From NCBI GenBank assembly GCA_003427395.1, contig BFEA01000021.1:2424510-2488509 (forward strand): DNA of 64,000 nucleotides, given 5' to 3'. The notes under the pieces are model-generated. The model made no database searches, was not told where the DNA came from, and was given only the letters and a program-made list of their open reading frames with translations. Position numbers and translations under genes: made by a program. This DNA is from Chara braunii (lineage: Eukaryota; Plantae; Charophyceae). Shown in pieces: positions 1 through 14,561 of this stretch. How positions within the stretch are numbered: the stretch's first letter is position 1; each line of letters begins with the position of its first letter.

Positions 1-1932
1 TCCCTCCCCTTCACCCCCCTGCTGCCTCCACTGAGCAGAACTGCACTGAAAACGGGCAGTTAGTTTCAGACCCAACAGGAGGATGATACCTCAACCTTCC
101 TAACTCCCCTCGAGGCAACCAATTCCCCCTAAAGGTACACCTTTTTTATAACGAGCGTGAGGCTGAGGGTGAGCCGAGGGAGAGGAGAGAGAGGAAGAGA
201 GTGAGAGCACACACACACACTCACTCACTTGACACGACAAACTCGGACTGAGGATTGGACGCAGACACAGTGGCAAGGCACAAAGTCGAAGTCTTGGATT
301 CCTTATGCCGAAACAGCAAGTCACACTGAGTACGAGTACAGCAGCAGGGAACTGGTACCAGACCGGGCCCCGTACCGTACGGGGAGCCGGTATAAGTACC
401 GGTGACACGTACGGTACTAGGGGCATTTCTCCAAAGGCCCCGATGGCAGAACTGAAAAATGCAGTATTTGAAAGTGGCGCCCGAATTGCAGCATGGCGCC
501 AGTTGTCCAAAATCCTACGGTACCAAAGGAGGGGTTTGGAAAAAGGGTGCCAGGCCGAAAACGGGATGCAGCTGAAACAGCAAAAGATAGACCGGGGATC
601 GAGCCCTGGCGGAGTCCGTAACATCTGTAGTTGTTATAAAACACAAAGGGTCCAATGGACAAAATTGTTCTATTTGAGTGTAATTTCTTTCTTGTTGTTT
701 TTTTTTCTTATTTATTATTGGGTAGTTCTCATTATTTGGAACTTGTTTACCTTAAATACAACATCTACGAATTTACTACACATTCAATTACAACCGAAGA
801 TTTATGATTTATCGGCCCCTGCCCTAATCTGTCATCTCTTAAAAGGTGATGCGACCCCTTTCATCCCTCCCAGCCCCAGATTGGAACAGTCCCGGAATCT
901 GCCCTTACTCCCTATAGGACGAGAACCTCCCTCCTTGTGCTGCCCTTGCGAAGTAGAGCTCTCCCCGCCTTAACCCACCTACCATCTCAACTGAAGTTGT
1001 CCAGAAACGAGTGAGGGAAAACCAATAATAATGTGAGACTAAAACTGATGATAATGATAATGATGATGATTAAAAACAAGTCAGATGATTATAATTTATA
1101 CTACAAATTAGTAAGTATTTGTAGATGATTAAGATAATGTCAGAACTACAATTCAGCAGAATTTTTCGGGGATATCTTAAACACTGAGGAAAAACTACGA
1201 AAAATTCCAAAGGATGATCGAATGTGACACGTCCGTAACTAGTTTGAAGGAAGACAGGAGAGATTAATTAATTCAATATTAATAATTAATTAATTGGTTT
1301 TTTAGGTATAAAAAATACCATTAATGCTAATTAACGTGAAATCCCGTATGTGAAGATAAGGATAATGAGGAATAACACAAGATTTTAGTTAGGATACTAA
1401 TTAACGATGATAATAATCGAAGAATAGTTGAGATGTTAATTCAAGATGATATTTATGAGGAAGAGTAAATTGGTAACAAAAGGATTGGTTAGATGGAGTA
1501 TAGTTCTAATTGGAACTAGATAAATTCCTAATAATGAGTGCAGATAAGAATCTTAGATTAAAAAAAAAAAATCCCTCTCTACTCCGAGGAAAACACGACC
1601 CCATGTCCTCACTCACAAACCCTTCCCCTTCCCTGCCTCCTTCTCCCCTTTCTTCTACCATTTCAATCCCCTCTCTCCCCCTTCCCTCCTCCACCCCCCA
1701 CCTTGTTCCCCCTCTTCTGCCCATTCTTTCCCAAAGGAGGACAGTGAAGGCGAGAAGGACACCAAAATGGAAAGCAGAGTGAGAGTGTGAAAGGAGAAAG
1801 TAGGCAGAAAAAAAGGAAAAGGGGAGATGGAGAGGATAAAATGAGATGAAGCTGGTGGGGAGGGGGGAGAAGAGAGGGAGAAGAGAAAAATCCAAGTGAA
1901 AAGTGGAAAGAGGTAAAATAGGGGTAAAATGG

Positions 1933-1965
<33 letters not shown>

Positions 1966-3799
1966 CACCCGACTATAATAGCAATGATGATGGTGACAAA
2001 ACTGAAGATGAGGTTGATGATGACTACCGTTTTGATAAGGATACCACTGCTGCCTTGCTGCTGCTCTGCTCCTGTAGAAATCTCGCTATCTACTGCATTC
2101 ACCCCACAGCCCGTACTTGCCATCACGACACTTCAACCAAAGAGGTACTCTTACCACCTCAAGGACCTGCGCTCACCATCGCCAACACTTGGTCCACAGC
2201 AAATACATGAAGACAAAGCCATGACCCTCAGTCACTTATTCCCCTCGCTAGCAAGCAGCCCGAATAGATGATGATGAAGATTGTTGATGAGTGACATCCC
2301 CCCCCACAAGGTGCTGCCCTGCCACTGATAATGATGAAGATACAAGTATCGCAGAATGTGCGCACTCCTGGCATTAATGACTACAAAACCCCATCGCACC
2401 CACTCTGCATGACAGACAGTATTCCACCATCCTTGTCAAGAAAGTATGCTCCCTCCCGAAAACAAACCTCCCTTTCCCTCTGTGCACCAGCCTGTGGTGC
2501 CACTAGAGGAAAATACAAACCAAGCACTCCCCCTTCATAGCCAAAAACACCAACTTGTCGCCTCATGCTGATCTGGCCTTTTATCTGCTCAGCAGCCCCC
2601 CTTCTGCCAGCAACAGCGCCTGCCAGAAGCCGCGCCCGCCAGCAGCCACGCCCACCAGTAGCAGCGCTTCCGCCAGCAGCAGCGCCCACCCTCGACAACG
2701 CCCCGCCATCTCTTTTTTTTTAGTCGATGCATCTAATGTCTAAGTCCGCTTCTATTATTTTTTGACCCACTGGGACAATCTTCTAATCGGCGGGGCCCCT
2801 AGCAGGGGGGGCTAGGGCAAGCAGGCAGGCATTGTTGTCCGTTGTTATATGGGTGCCCTTGGGATTGTTGTGACAACCTCCACCCTCTTACCAGGTCCCT
2901 CGGTTGATGACCAGGCTACCCTCGCCTATTATGAGCGGGGTCTTGCCTTGGTGGCCCCTCGAAGTTAGATAGGACACAGGGACTAACATCAGCAAGCTTT
3001 GTCGTGTATCTAGCAGTCTAACAGTCTGTCATTCCATTATCCCTCATGGGCTCTTGGGTGCTTTAGGCCCCCGGTTGGAGCTGTTTGATGAACGGTGGGT
3101 CATCCCTTTTTTTTTTTTTTTTTTAAACAAAACATGCCCCCGCCAATGTTAGTGGTGCTGATAAGAGCAGACACCACTATCACCTAGGGAGAGGCTCCAT
3201 CTATTGGTGGGGAGCATCACCTGCTGGAAAACGGGTCCAGCGTCCCATATACAAATTGGATATAGAGTACACAGAAGAAAAACAGTTACGGGGGGGTTCC
3301 CTGCCAGCATTGATTACCTTGGGATTCAGAGGATTGACTGAGCGGGATATTTGGAAGGAAGGGGGAACCTCTTCACCCTGAACCCGGCGCCGGATACCTA
3401 CTGATACACACTAGTTCCTCCCTCCCCCTCCCAGTCCCCCATGCTTTCTTGATTATAGTGCTCAGACTGCCAACCTTGACTGCCCCATTCCGTAGAAGGG
3501 GGGGACCTTTGAACAACGAAAAGAAAAAGGGTTGTTAGCAGAAGAAAAACCTCCCCGGGGGGCTCTAGGGGGGAATTCCTTGTATGAGTAAGAAATGTGT
3601 GGAAGACTGGGTTATAGGATTTTCTCGTTCAGGACAGGATCTTTGCCAAGGAAAGAGCATGGGGTGAGAAAGGGTCTGGAAAATCGGCGAGGGGGCGAAG
3701 TGGGAATAAGGGTTCTATGTTTGTCCAGTCTTTGAAGCTTAAGCGATAGTCCCTCGTCTCTTCCAAGTCCCTCTGTCCCTCTCTCCTGTCTCCGCTCCA

Positions 3800-6700
3800 T
3801 TATACTCTAGCAATCCATCCTTCTCTCTCCCCTCCCACCCCATCTGTGCAAAATGTTGTGATTCGTCTCCTAACATCTCCTACTTGTTTAAAGAGGTCCA
3901 ACTGTGCTTTTGTGTCTAGCCACCATTGTGTGAGTTCGAAATGTGTCTGCTGCTGAATCTGTTCGGTGATTTCTGGCTTCTCTACTCTCACCTTTTCCAA
4001 AGCCAGCGTGCATCTCTGCCACCAAAGTGCCCATATCACCGCTCTCCTTCCAAGTCTGTACATATTCTCTACGAAGGTCGTGACTGCTTCTGCCTGTGGC
4101 CAATGGCCAACCAATATGGCTTGCCAAGACCTGGGACAGGGAATTGCAGATTTCATCTCCATATAAATTGGGCGATTGGGCATTGCATGAAGATGTGTTC
4201 GATGGTTTCCGCCTTCTTGTAGAAAGGGAAAAGGCTTTGACACCGTTAACACCACGAAAGCAGCAAACCTTTTTGTTCTAAATTGGTACGGTCGGTCAAC
4301 CAGTCATTTGTTGGCAGACAACGGTGGGCGATCTGCCACTGCAGGGAAGTGATTTTCATAGGTTTTGCTTTCTGTTCTTGGAACCATTTTATTGGAGTCA
4401 GAAGGGAGCGATCCACATTTACGTGTCTGACCCATCGGTCGTTTACTTTGTCTCTCAACCGTCTTTTAGGTCTGAGCATTTTATAGGCTGATTTGACCGA
4501 CAACTAGTGTACGCTGATGTGACCTGCTTTGGGGCCTCCCCTCTGCTAGGGGGTTTCCCATGTCCATTCTGTTGGGTCCAGAGCCAGGTCATGGATTGAT
4601 ATGAAGGGCTGGATCACCACCCTCTGTCCTTTCTCTTATAAAACTCTCACTCAATACACAGATGCTCTCTCTTTGTATTCGAGGGGGGGAATGCTACCTT
4701 GGAGGGTATCAGTTCTAGTGATTGTGTAGTGTTTAACCAGGACGGTCTGAGGTGAAACCATGTGTATATGACTTATCCTTTGAGGAGACTATGTATTTGC
4801 TACCCAGTCGCCTTCTTTTAAGGAGGGGCCTTGTTCGAGGATTTGGTACCATGCCAGCGGGATAACTTCAATCAAGTTATCCAAATGCTCCTCTACGTGG
4901 TGGCAATATCATAAGATTCCTTGCATCTGGTCTCCTGTTTTCCAGTCCTTTTTGTCATTGTCCCAGAAATCCCCAACCCTGTGCACCCCTCTCTTTACCC
5001 AACTTTTCCAAGGCAAGGTTGAGTTTATCATAATACAACCACCCAAGTCGGTCGCCCATCGGTTTCCAAAAAGGGGTTGCTGGTAGACTTCCTCCCAGCC
5101 GTCAGGATAGATTCTGTCTGGGAGCGGGAGTTTGTGCCAGGTCTCCAGCAAGGATGGCCAAAAGTTGTCCGGAATCTGGTCGCCTCCGTCCAGCCCCTCC
5201 CTTCCTCGGGGGAGCTTGCGCGGGATTGTCCAGAATCGATCCTCCAGCCATATTAGCGGGTGAGTAGTTTGGGGGGCTTCTGGGGCCAGCCGGGCTAGAT
5301 GCTCCAAAGCCAATGCACACCACAGACACTGGGGGTCGAAAATGGGCTTTTTAATCCATTTTAGTCGTAGTGCTTGCAGTTGCGTGGTTGGATCGATTAT
5401 TCCCAAGCCTCCCCCAGCCTTAGGTTGAATAATAGACTCTCATGCCACGCGGCTGATCACGTTGTTCTGCTCGCTGTCCCCCCTCCATAGGAAAGTTGAT
5501 GCCTTTTTCTTTAAGCTTCTTAAGGTTGTTTTGCTTAGTGGCCACAGTAACGAAATGTATATAATGTTGTGAAGACCACATTGCTAATTACTAAGGCGCG
5601 ACCAAAGAGGGATGTGTGCTTATTTCTCCAGTTATCTAATTTTTGTCGTGTTGGGGCGTTAATCCATTCGTCATTGATTGGTGGCCGTCCCTCGGTGGTC
5701 ATGGAAACGCCTAAAATTCTTACTGGGGTCTCTAAAAGCATCCATTTAATACGTGGCGACTCGGGGGGGCGTCCCCCTTGATAAGGAATTCACAATCCTT
5801 GAGTTTTGCTCCCCCAGTTGACTGTCATGTCGAAAACCTTGGCAAATTTTTCCATCATTTGCTGGATTTCCTCCATGTTGTTGTGTGTGGCTTCCACCAA
5901 GATAGTGAGATCGTCCGCAAAAAGAGAGCACATCAGATTGCCTCCTCCGAGATGTGTTTGACTCGGATTCTGGTAATGTTCTTGTTTGCCCAGAGGTTGG
6001 CGACTAGTGCTTCCATGATGACAAAAAAAAAAGAAAGGGGGGCAATTGGGTCCCCCTGGCGGACCGAACGTTCCAAGCGTAGGGGTGGTGTCATGCACCC
6101 ATTAACTTGAATGCAAGTGGTTGCATTCTGGTGCAGGATCTGAACCCAGCGTCTGAAGTTCGGTCCAAAATTTATTTTTTTTAGACATTTATCTAAAAAC
6201 AACCAGTCCACGTGATCGTAAGCCTTTTCGAAGTCGATAAAGACCAATGCTGCGTTCTGACGAGAGTGTCTCGTGAGTTGGAGTACCTCATGGATTAAAG
6301 TAATATTCTTTTGTATATTCCTGTTCTCCACAAAACCAGTTTGAGAGGGATGGATGATGTCTTCTATTATAGAGATCATTCTGTTAGCTAAGACTTTAAA
6401 CAACATTTTGTATATTACTGTGAGAAGTGTGATAGGGCGGTAATTTCTAATATTCATTTTATCCCTTTTTTTATATAGGAGGGTCAATACTCCTTGCCCA
6501 ACCCTTTCACCCATCTCGCATGTGAGCCATACTTCTTTATAGAAGTCCATGATGTCCTGACTCAAGAAGTCCCATGTGGTCTCCCAAAATTCTTTGGGGA
6601 AGCCATCAATCCCTGATGCCTTTTCCTCCTTCATTTGCAGGAGGGCGGTCCAAATTTTCTGCTTGGAGATTGGGGCTTTTAAAGAATCTGCTGTTCAGAT

Positions 6701-8169
6701 GTCAATGATTTATTTACTGGTTCCAAAAATTCTTTTAGTTGACGATCGTGGTACAGTGAGTCTGATCTGTCAACATGCGAGGTGAAAAGGTCTTTGTAGA
6801 AGTCATATGTTATCTTGGTGCAACGGGCCATGGACACGACCGAATTCGATTCCATGGTTTGTGGTTCGTAGAGCGCCTCGATCGTTGTCCTTTTGAAATG
6901 TGGCCTAGCTAGGCCGAAAAAGTGAGCATTAATCATTCCTTCGGTTGAGAGTCTGGATAGCCTTGACCTTATTTGGGCTCCCTGTCATCGATACTGTGCA
7001 TACTTCAAGAATTGAGCTTTTAGCTCTAGTATTTGAGTTTGTAATTTGTCGAAGGTTGGTTCCTGCCCTTGCGAAACTTGTTTTTGTTCAACGTCCATGA
7101 GGTTTTGCATTATCGTCATTTCTTGTTGGTATCGTTGTGCAACTATATATTTGGAATATTCATTGCATTTTTTCGTAAAAAAAAACAATCCATTGTTAAA
7201 CCATGCAATTTGAGAGTCTTGTTGGCAGCGGTGATCCTTCCAAAAGTTCCAAACCTGTTGTAGGTACTCCTGGAATGATTTATAGACTGGAGCAGGAAGG
7301 TGTTGAGTTTATAGTAGTTGGCCCCCTGATCTTGTTGTTTCCGGATGGTCCAGACTGCCATACACATCCTGTGGTCTAGGCCTGGGTGCGGCTGATTGAC
7401 AGTATTGCTGCCATGGTAAGCCCTCCACCCAAGTCTTCTGACGCCAGGATTAGATCTATTCTAAATTTTGATAGTCTGTCGGGGTTATTCTTTCGTAAAC
7501 AAGTAAAGGCCTTTTCGGTCGGGTGGCTATGCCTGAAGGTGTCAAAAAGTGAGAGGGGGGTACACAAATCCCTCAGCATCTTCTTGTCCTCCTCAGCATT
7601 GTGTGCGGTAGTCGGAGAAGTTTTCCAACGGTCCAGCCATCTATCCGGTGTGGCATTGAAATCTCTTGCTAAGATTACCGGAATATCTGGGGTGGGGATC
7701 ATTTCGATCTTTTCGAAAAAAACCCTTCTTTCTCGGGGAGTATTAGGAGTGTAGATGGATACAATGCATACTATTTCTAACTCCAGCATGCCCAACACTT
7801 TAACCCATTGTCCTTCCACATTATCCTGTTCCCAGTTGAGTACTTCGAAGCGTGATTCGGACAGAATCCATATACTACCCCGACACTCCCTGGAGTAGTG
7901 GCAAAAACTTGGTATCCTTGAAAGGGCCAAACTTGCTTGTGCGCCCTGTGGTGTTCTGGTGTGTCCATTAAGTGGGTTTCCTGGACGCAAATTATATCCG
8001 ACCATGTTCTTCCCCCCACCTCCCGCATTAGGTCCCACAACGCATTATTTTTTTCCAGGTTGCGGGATGCTAGACCATTTACATTAATCGATCGAATATC
8101 AAAATCTGTCTGCTGAAGGGTGTGTTTTCACTTTTTGTTTTTACCATACACCACTTCCACCCAGTCCAT
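3800..8169 (-). pseudogene. LINE-A ORF2 (APE endonuclease / reverse transcriptase / C-terminal Zn finger), frameshifted
   Basis: ORF fragments carry SINVNGL, IICVQETH, ARDFNA, RIDLIL, NYRPITLL, IDFEKAYD, SVRQGDP, LFADD and WQIAHRCLPT. There are multiple stops and frameshifts. Confidence 0.92.
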
Positions 8170-8199
8170 TAAAGAACGTGAGTTCCCTTACCCATCCCA

Positions 8200-10980
8200 C
8201 TATTTGATTTGAAATGGTGACCAATCCTGTGCTTCCCAGTCTACTCCCCTGTTAAGAATGTTCTTCCTCAGTATTGTGCATATACAGGTGAGTAGATCGT
8301 CCGTCGACCAAATGTTACTAGGTTTAATTTTTAGTTGTTAGGTGTCTAAAAGCAAGTTGTGTGTAAGTTATTGCAGCCCTGCTTCCTTGTTGTCCTAAAA
8401 TCTCACGTAGATATCTTTATAGGCCATCTTCAAATTTTCCAATGATACGCTGATGGTGGCCATTGCCCCTGGTTCATATTGATTTGTGATAAAGTCTGCG
8501 ACCTCGTGGACTCTCAGTGTCCCCTCCCTTTTCATGTGCCACCATGCAGCATCATCCCTCCGTAGGACGGGGCGTATGAGTCCTATGAGTCAGTAGGTGA
8601 CAGACAAAGTTCCCATTTTCCCGTCTTCCTCCTGATTGGAAGTACCAGCACTTTGTCCCCTGTCGGTAGACTTTTGTGGTACAACCTCTTCTCGATGAGA
8701 TGCCGTATTTTTAATCGTTTGGAGATTCTTATTTCCTGTGCATTTCTTGCACCTTCCTCATCCCCTTGTTCAGTTTGTTCTATGTGCATAGCCGGTTGTG
8801 TACTGTCAGGAGGGAGAGGGGTGGGTTTGTCTATATGGCCTGGGTTGGTAGTGCCTTCGGGCAGATCAGATGTCCTGTCAGCCTGATTTGATACTTCGGG
8901 CTGGTTAGGTGTCTTTGCCGTTTCGGGGGGCTGAAACTTTTGGTGTACGATGTTCTAGACTCTACGCAACACTAGTTGCCAATCCAGGTCCGGGGATAGG
9001 CCTTGCCCCGGGGCTTGTTTTAGACTGGGGCTCTCGTCTAGTAGGGAAAACAGTTGTACATAGGCCTCGTCCCAATATGCCTCTGATTGGCCTGTATACA
9101 ATGTCTGGAGATGGCTAATTAGCCATTCCGCCAGGCCCCTTAGCTTGGTCTCGACATCCTCCTCCCCTTGTGACCCCCAAGCCTTGGGTGTGCTGTCCAT
9201 CATTTCCTCATCAGGGTTCCCCCCCCGTAATTTCCAATCCATGGGTTGGGGTCCGAACGCCTGAAAGAAAGGGTCCGTTGTGGAGAGTGTATCCCCTATG
9301 GCTGGGGTGTTTCCGGAAGAGTCCATTTTGGGGGGCTGTTCTTGCGAGGTCTGAATCACTCGGGAAGGGTCCGCTGCTGCTGCCTCCCCTGAGGCTCGGC
9401 TGATTCTCTTCCCTTTCCTTTCCTTTTTCCTTTCCTTCCCCCCCCCCCCCCATATTTTCCCCTCTTGTCCCTTGCCCTTTCTTGTGTCTTGTTTTTCCCC
9501 TCCCCTCCGATTGGCTCATTTTGCCCCACTGTGACGGTTGACTGTTTGTCCCCGTTTTCTGAAGTGTTCGCGATGGCTTCGAATCTGTTCTTTGATTTGT
9601 TAGGGCTACCTCTCTTGCTCTGGTTCTGTATTTTATCATGCTTGCTGGGGTGTGCCTTTTTCTTTGGGGTCGGGGATTGCCATAGTTCTCCCAGATCCGT
9701 TGGGGTGATGAAGTCCTGAGGCCTGGGTTCAATTCAAAGCTTAGTCCCCCCTGCTTCGCAGCTGGTATGTTATCTATGGGCCGGTATCTTCGTTTCCTTG
9801 GAGGGGGGTTGACAGTCTCGCCCATATGTTCCTCCACTGGTTTTGGGGGGATCCATTGATCTGGAGGTTTGGTATTCCATTCCACGACTTCCCCTTTTTC
9901 CCATCCCCATCCCCATCCCCTCACCCCACCTCCCTCTCGTGGCTCATCCACGTGTACCTATCCTTCGTGTCCCGCGTCGACCGTTCTCCACCAGGTGTCT
10001 TTGAAAGGGTCACGTAGTAGGCACCCTGTGGATCTAATCCTTTTGGCCGGGTGGTGGGGGCAGTCAGATTCCGTCAAGAGGTGGCCATATGCCTGACATT
10101 TAAAACACTAGGGTCTTGTTTTATGTGCCGTGTGGATTCTAAAGTCTCTCCCTCCTACTCGGAAGAGGATCACGTCGTCAATGGTGAAGATGTGACCTTT
10201 CGGTAGATCGAGGACAACCATGAGGTAATCATCTCTTGGGGCTACGTGGGGTGGGAAAGGATCGATGAAGTCAACAATTTCGTATTTTTGGGCTAGTTCT
10301 TGCACAAAGGCCTTTTGGATTTCAATGGGCACATGACGAAATTCCACCCAATAATGGTCAGACATTAATTGGTCCCTCTTTTCCTTTAGTCTTTTTTGTT
10401 TCGGGGGAGACCAGGGGAACATCCGGACCTCCGAACGCCCGCAGGGTATGCTCCGCCATGTGTCCATGATTCTCTTGTCCGAATCAAACATGCAAATTAC
10501 CGTGACTACCGTTGATGAGATAGGCTGGATTAGGAAGAAGTCTCGTGCGCCCTCTTCAGATCCTTTGAGGGTTGTGAGTCGTTTCTTGATCCACCCTGCC
10601 TTATCGTTGGTAGACTTGTAGGCGGCGGCGTCATAGATGACCCATGTACTCGTGTGACGAGTGTATATTGCATCCCTTTCTTTGATCATATCACCTGAGA
10701 GTGCTTTTACCCTTTGCTTTTCCCCCCTTTGGCTGATTATCTTATCTTTTGGATTAGCTAAGATTTTTGCAAGGAAGAAGGCTGATGCTGTGGTCAGGTT
10801 GTCCAGTGGGAGGAGGATGCTTCTGCCATGGTCACATCCTCCCTCCTCCCTTCCTCGCATTGAGGCCGCCAATCCGACGAGTGGTGACCTATGGCACCCT
10901 GATGCCTGATTGTCCTTGGCTGCCCTTTTTCCTTCCTGGCCTCATTTTTAAAGCTCGCCATGCCTTTTTTGAGGGGGGGT
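8200..10980 (-). pseudogene. LINE-A ORF1 (RNA-binding region, CCHC knuckle, long linker, conserved C-terminal domain), disrupted
   Basis: ORF 10108-10872 (YWVEFRHVPIEI...IHTAHK) is followed by *CFKCQAYGH. It is collinear with LINE-B ORF1. Boundaries are approximate. Confidence 0.8.
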
Positions 10981-11199
10981 GACGAATCTGTGCTCAGTGA
11001 TCGGTGCTCACGCGTGGGTTAAAGACGATTGCTGCCTTTGTAAAAGAGACTATCGACTCATACATACTCGTCTGGTTCCTAATTTCCCCAGATCGAATCT
11101 CCCGTATTCTTCTAGTGGCTTGGATCGGGGAATGAATCAAGGGGGGTGCGTCGATGAGGGTAAGGGGATCGAGATGGGGGTGCGTCGAGGAGGATAGGG

Positions 11200-12250
11200 G
11201 AGGTGAGTCTGGGGGGGTTGATGGCTGACGAGGCAGAAAGGGAAGTTCAGGCGGGTCGGAGTAGGGGCGGATGGGGCAAGGTCGGAGCGGGATCGGGATT
11301 ACGGGCTGGGATGGAGCGAGATCAAAATGGGATCGGGAAGGGTGATGGGTCGGGATGGGGTGAGGTCGGAACGGGAGGTCCAATTTTGCCGAGAAGGTCG
11401 GGATGGGCGGGGTCTGGACAGGATTGGGGTTACGGGCCGGGATAGGACGAAATCAGAACGGGATTGGAATGGGGGATGGACTCGGGGTTACGGGCCGAGA
11501 TGGGATGAGACCAGAACGGGGATGGGTGTCGAGTCGGGATAGGGCGAGGACGAAACGGGGATCGACAGGCGGGTTTCTGGAGAGATCACTTGAATGGAAT
11601 GGATCGAGGGGCGGGGCGATCGGGGGGGGCAGAAGGGGAACGAGAGATGATCGGGTGGGCAGAAAGGGATCAAGAGAGACACGGGTCATGATGGGGCAAG
11701 GTCGGAGCCGGGTCGGGATAGGGCGAGGTCGGAGCGGGAGGTCCGACCTTGCCGAGAAGGTCAGGGTCGGCGGGGTCGGGGCGGGGGCGAGGACGGAACG
11801 GGGATCGACAAACCAGTTTCGGGAGGGACACTGGAATGAAATGGATCGAGAGGGGGGCGATGACCGGGCGGGCAGAGGGACAGGAGTCGTGATAGGACGA
11901 GGTCGGAGCGGGTTCGGGCGGGCCGGAACAGGACCGGGGATCGGGGAAGGAGATAGGGCAAGGTCGGCGCGGGATCGGGGTTACGAGCCGGGATGGGACG
12001 AGATCAGAACGGTGACGGGTCGGGATGGGGTAAGGTTGGGACGGGGGGCAGGGTTAGAACGTGGCCGAGAAGGTCGGGCTGGGTGGGGCGGGTGGGATCG
12101 GGATTACGGGCCGGGATGGGACGAGATTAGACCGGATCGGAAAGGGTGTCGGGTCGGGACAGGGCAAGGGTGGAACGGGGATCTGCAATGGGAGGGAAGG
12201 TATATGGGCAAGATCAGAATGGGATACGGGATTGGGGATAGGGTGGGGTG
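11200..12250. repeat. G-rich imperfect tandem repeats (GGGTC/GGGAT/GGTCGG units) in the LINE-A 5' UTR
   Basis: GGGTTACGGGCCGGGATGGGACGAG, GCCGAGAAGGTC and GAACGGGGATCGACA recur across the interval. Confidence 0.75.
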
Positions 12251-14362
12251 AACGGGACAAGATGGGGGGGAAGGGGACGAGGAAAAGAGGTTTGGATGAG
12301 AAGGAAGGGGGGGGGGCAGTGGGGAGAGGAAAAAAAGGGTAGGGAGGGAAGAGAGAAAGAGGTGGAAAAAGAGAGGGGGATCGTCGTTGGACATGATTCG
12401 AGGTCGCAAACCTCCGAGCGTCACCGCTTCCTTCACCGGGGGTTATGGCCCCCCAGAGCCCCAAAGGAAGTTGTCGAGTGCCCAAAGCTTTCTCTGCTTT
12501 CGCTTGCTGCTCTTTCTATGTCTGCTACTTGTCCCTCGATGTCCGACTTCTCTTGTTTCTTCTTCTCTCCTCTCCCTCACACTGTTATTCCCTCGACCGC
12601 TCCTCTCTTTGCTATGATCCTTATGTAAGGAAGGTTCCTCCCCCCCCCTGGTTTTCCTTCCTCACTTCCTCCCCTGACCTACCGACACGTCACCTCGCAG
12701 TGCGTCCCTTCTTCTTCCGCCATGTCACGTTATTTTTCATCGCCGCGTCGCTTGCCTTCACTGGTCGTTGGTCGCTTTCGCCTCTCCGAATCCCTGGCTA
12801 CTTGCACCCTTCTGCCCGTGGCCAGCTATGGCCGCTGCTCCGTGGAGCACAGGTAGAATCGGGTGCCCGCGGGACTACCCACGCGTTCCGATGCAGCACC
12901 GAGGGCGGCCTCTCGTCCCTGCGGTCACGGGCGAACCTGCCGCTCCATTCACAGCGCCGCGCCAATCTCCGTTCTGGGCCGGGTCATCCCACTCCCACTG
13001 TTGATATGCGTCCAAGGCTGCTTCCTCCAGGAGGATCCGGAGGAAGAGAATCTGCTCCTCTGTTATCATATTAGATCTCAGCTTTGCAGCTGGCATGTTC
13101 ATCAGTTGGTGCTGTGACATCCGGTGCACTTGAGAGCCCCCTTGTGGTGTTTGTCACTCATGTGGAACAGCAGGATACTTGGGGTCACCCGTTTCAGAAA
13201 TGGCAGATCTTGTGGGAAGACAGTGCCGATGGAATTGCCATCCCCATTTTGTATTGTGTGAAGCTTGAGCTTATTTGTTGTCATGATATGGGATAGCTGT
13301 CCTCTCCATCCTTGTAACGTGAAGCTCTGTAGGGGATCCCCACTTTGGGCCTTAGTGGCCAGTTTGGGGACCTTTTGCGGGTTGGGACGAGCCCCAACTA
13401 CCAGTTTGCCCCCTCATTTCCCTTCTGAGGAAAAGGATAACCACCCCTGCTGACCATACCGTTTGGGGGGGAAGCCGGCCCCACTGGGGTGTTGAGATAA
13501 TCTTTTAGGAGGGTGATCCCTGGCTCGCCTGCAACCAGGCCCAGGGAGGGTCCTGGCATGCCCAGAGCCATCCCCATGTCGGCGTTTGTCTCCTCCATCT
13601 GTTGCTGTCATCCAGTTAGTAGGAGCCTGTGTACCTGATAGTTGTCTGCAGGGGTGAATTGCACTGTGACTACATCCGGGATATCCCATTCGAACTCGGA
13701 CTCCGAGCTATTGTCCGGGCTGGATATTTGTCCTTTGTTATCATCCTCGGGGTCGGACTCCTGATCTAAGTCTGAGTGTGTGGTTGCTTGTTGGGTGTGA
13801 GCTGCAGGCGCTGTGGTGCTTGTGTCCTGGGCAGTCTTTATATGGAGGGGCCTGAGGAGGTGTTGAGGCACCAAGTATTCCGACCCTGCAATCATCAGGG
13901 GCCCTTCATGTTGTTCCCCACCAATCATACTGTCAAGCTCCTGTATGATCACCGGCAGCCCGTCAATTCCCTCCCATGCTATGTCTTGCTGTGAGGTACT
14001 TGAGCCAGCTGGCACCATGGCTCCCCACGAATAGACTGGAGCATTTGTTCCCCCCCCCCCCCAAAAAAAAAAAAAGAGCCAGTTGGCACCATGGCCGTGC
14101 ACTCTCCGCTTAGCAGTTCCGACTGTTCTGTCTGTNGGTATCTATTTTTGACTTTGTCTCTGAGTGCATACTCCCCATCAGATTCTCTGATTGTTGATTT
14201 TTCTTTATTATTATTTTCCTCCCCACAGATATAACGCCCGCAAAAACAGATAGGAGTGATGATAAAAACATACACTCCTACCTATCCTGCAGGGAGCTCC
14301 AGTCTATTGGTGGGGAGCTACACCTGTTCGAAAGCGGGTCCAGCATCCCCTGAGAAACATAG

Positions 14363-14561
14363 TTAAACCACCAGTACTTTTCTCAGCTATAGATGTCGAC
14401 CCTAAAATCACCCTGCGCGCCCAAAAACAAACGAATGAGCGCGGGATTCATTTTGGCTGCCGCCACCGGCCATTTCAGTCCGGTAGTACCGAACCCCGCC
14501 GGCCTCCCGCGTTACCCGGCGCGTCTCGGCAAAATAGCTGGGAAAGGTACTGGTGGTTTAA
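14363..14561. mobile_element. TTAA-flanked MITE of about 200 bp (piggyBac/Kolobok-like target)
   Basis: TTAA-ACCACCAGTAC...GTACTGGTGGT-TTAA. A related copy is at 18252-18444, with fragments near 21260-21340 and 62340-62382. Confidence 0.7.

Larger units (their letters stand above)
3107..12980 (-). mobile_element. Full-length, decayed L1/Tx1-like LINE (LINE-A), about 9.9 kb
   Basis: Poly(T) at 3107-3124 is the poly(A) tail. A 10-bp TSD GGGTCATCCC lies at 3097-3106 and 12981-12990. ORF1 and ORF2 (APE endonuclease, RT, zf-RVT) remnants are on the minus strand. Confidence 0.93.

Noticed and set aside
1-1560. ORFs 100-624 and 305-973, or a possible LTR-element fragment
   Set aside because: No recognisable domain or boundary is visible within the window.
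11403-12251. 282-aa RG-rich antisense ORF (ORF0-like) in LINE-A
   Set aside because: It is explained by stop-poor G-rich repeats and has no counterpart in LINE-B.
12900-12980. HDV-like ribozyme at the LINE 5' ends
   Set aside because: I could not find a P1 partner or a nested double pseudoknot at either LINE start by eye.
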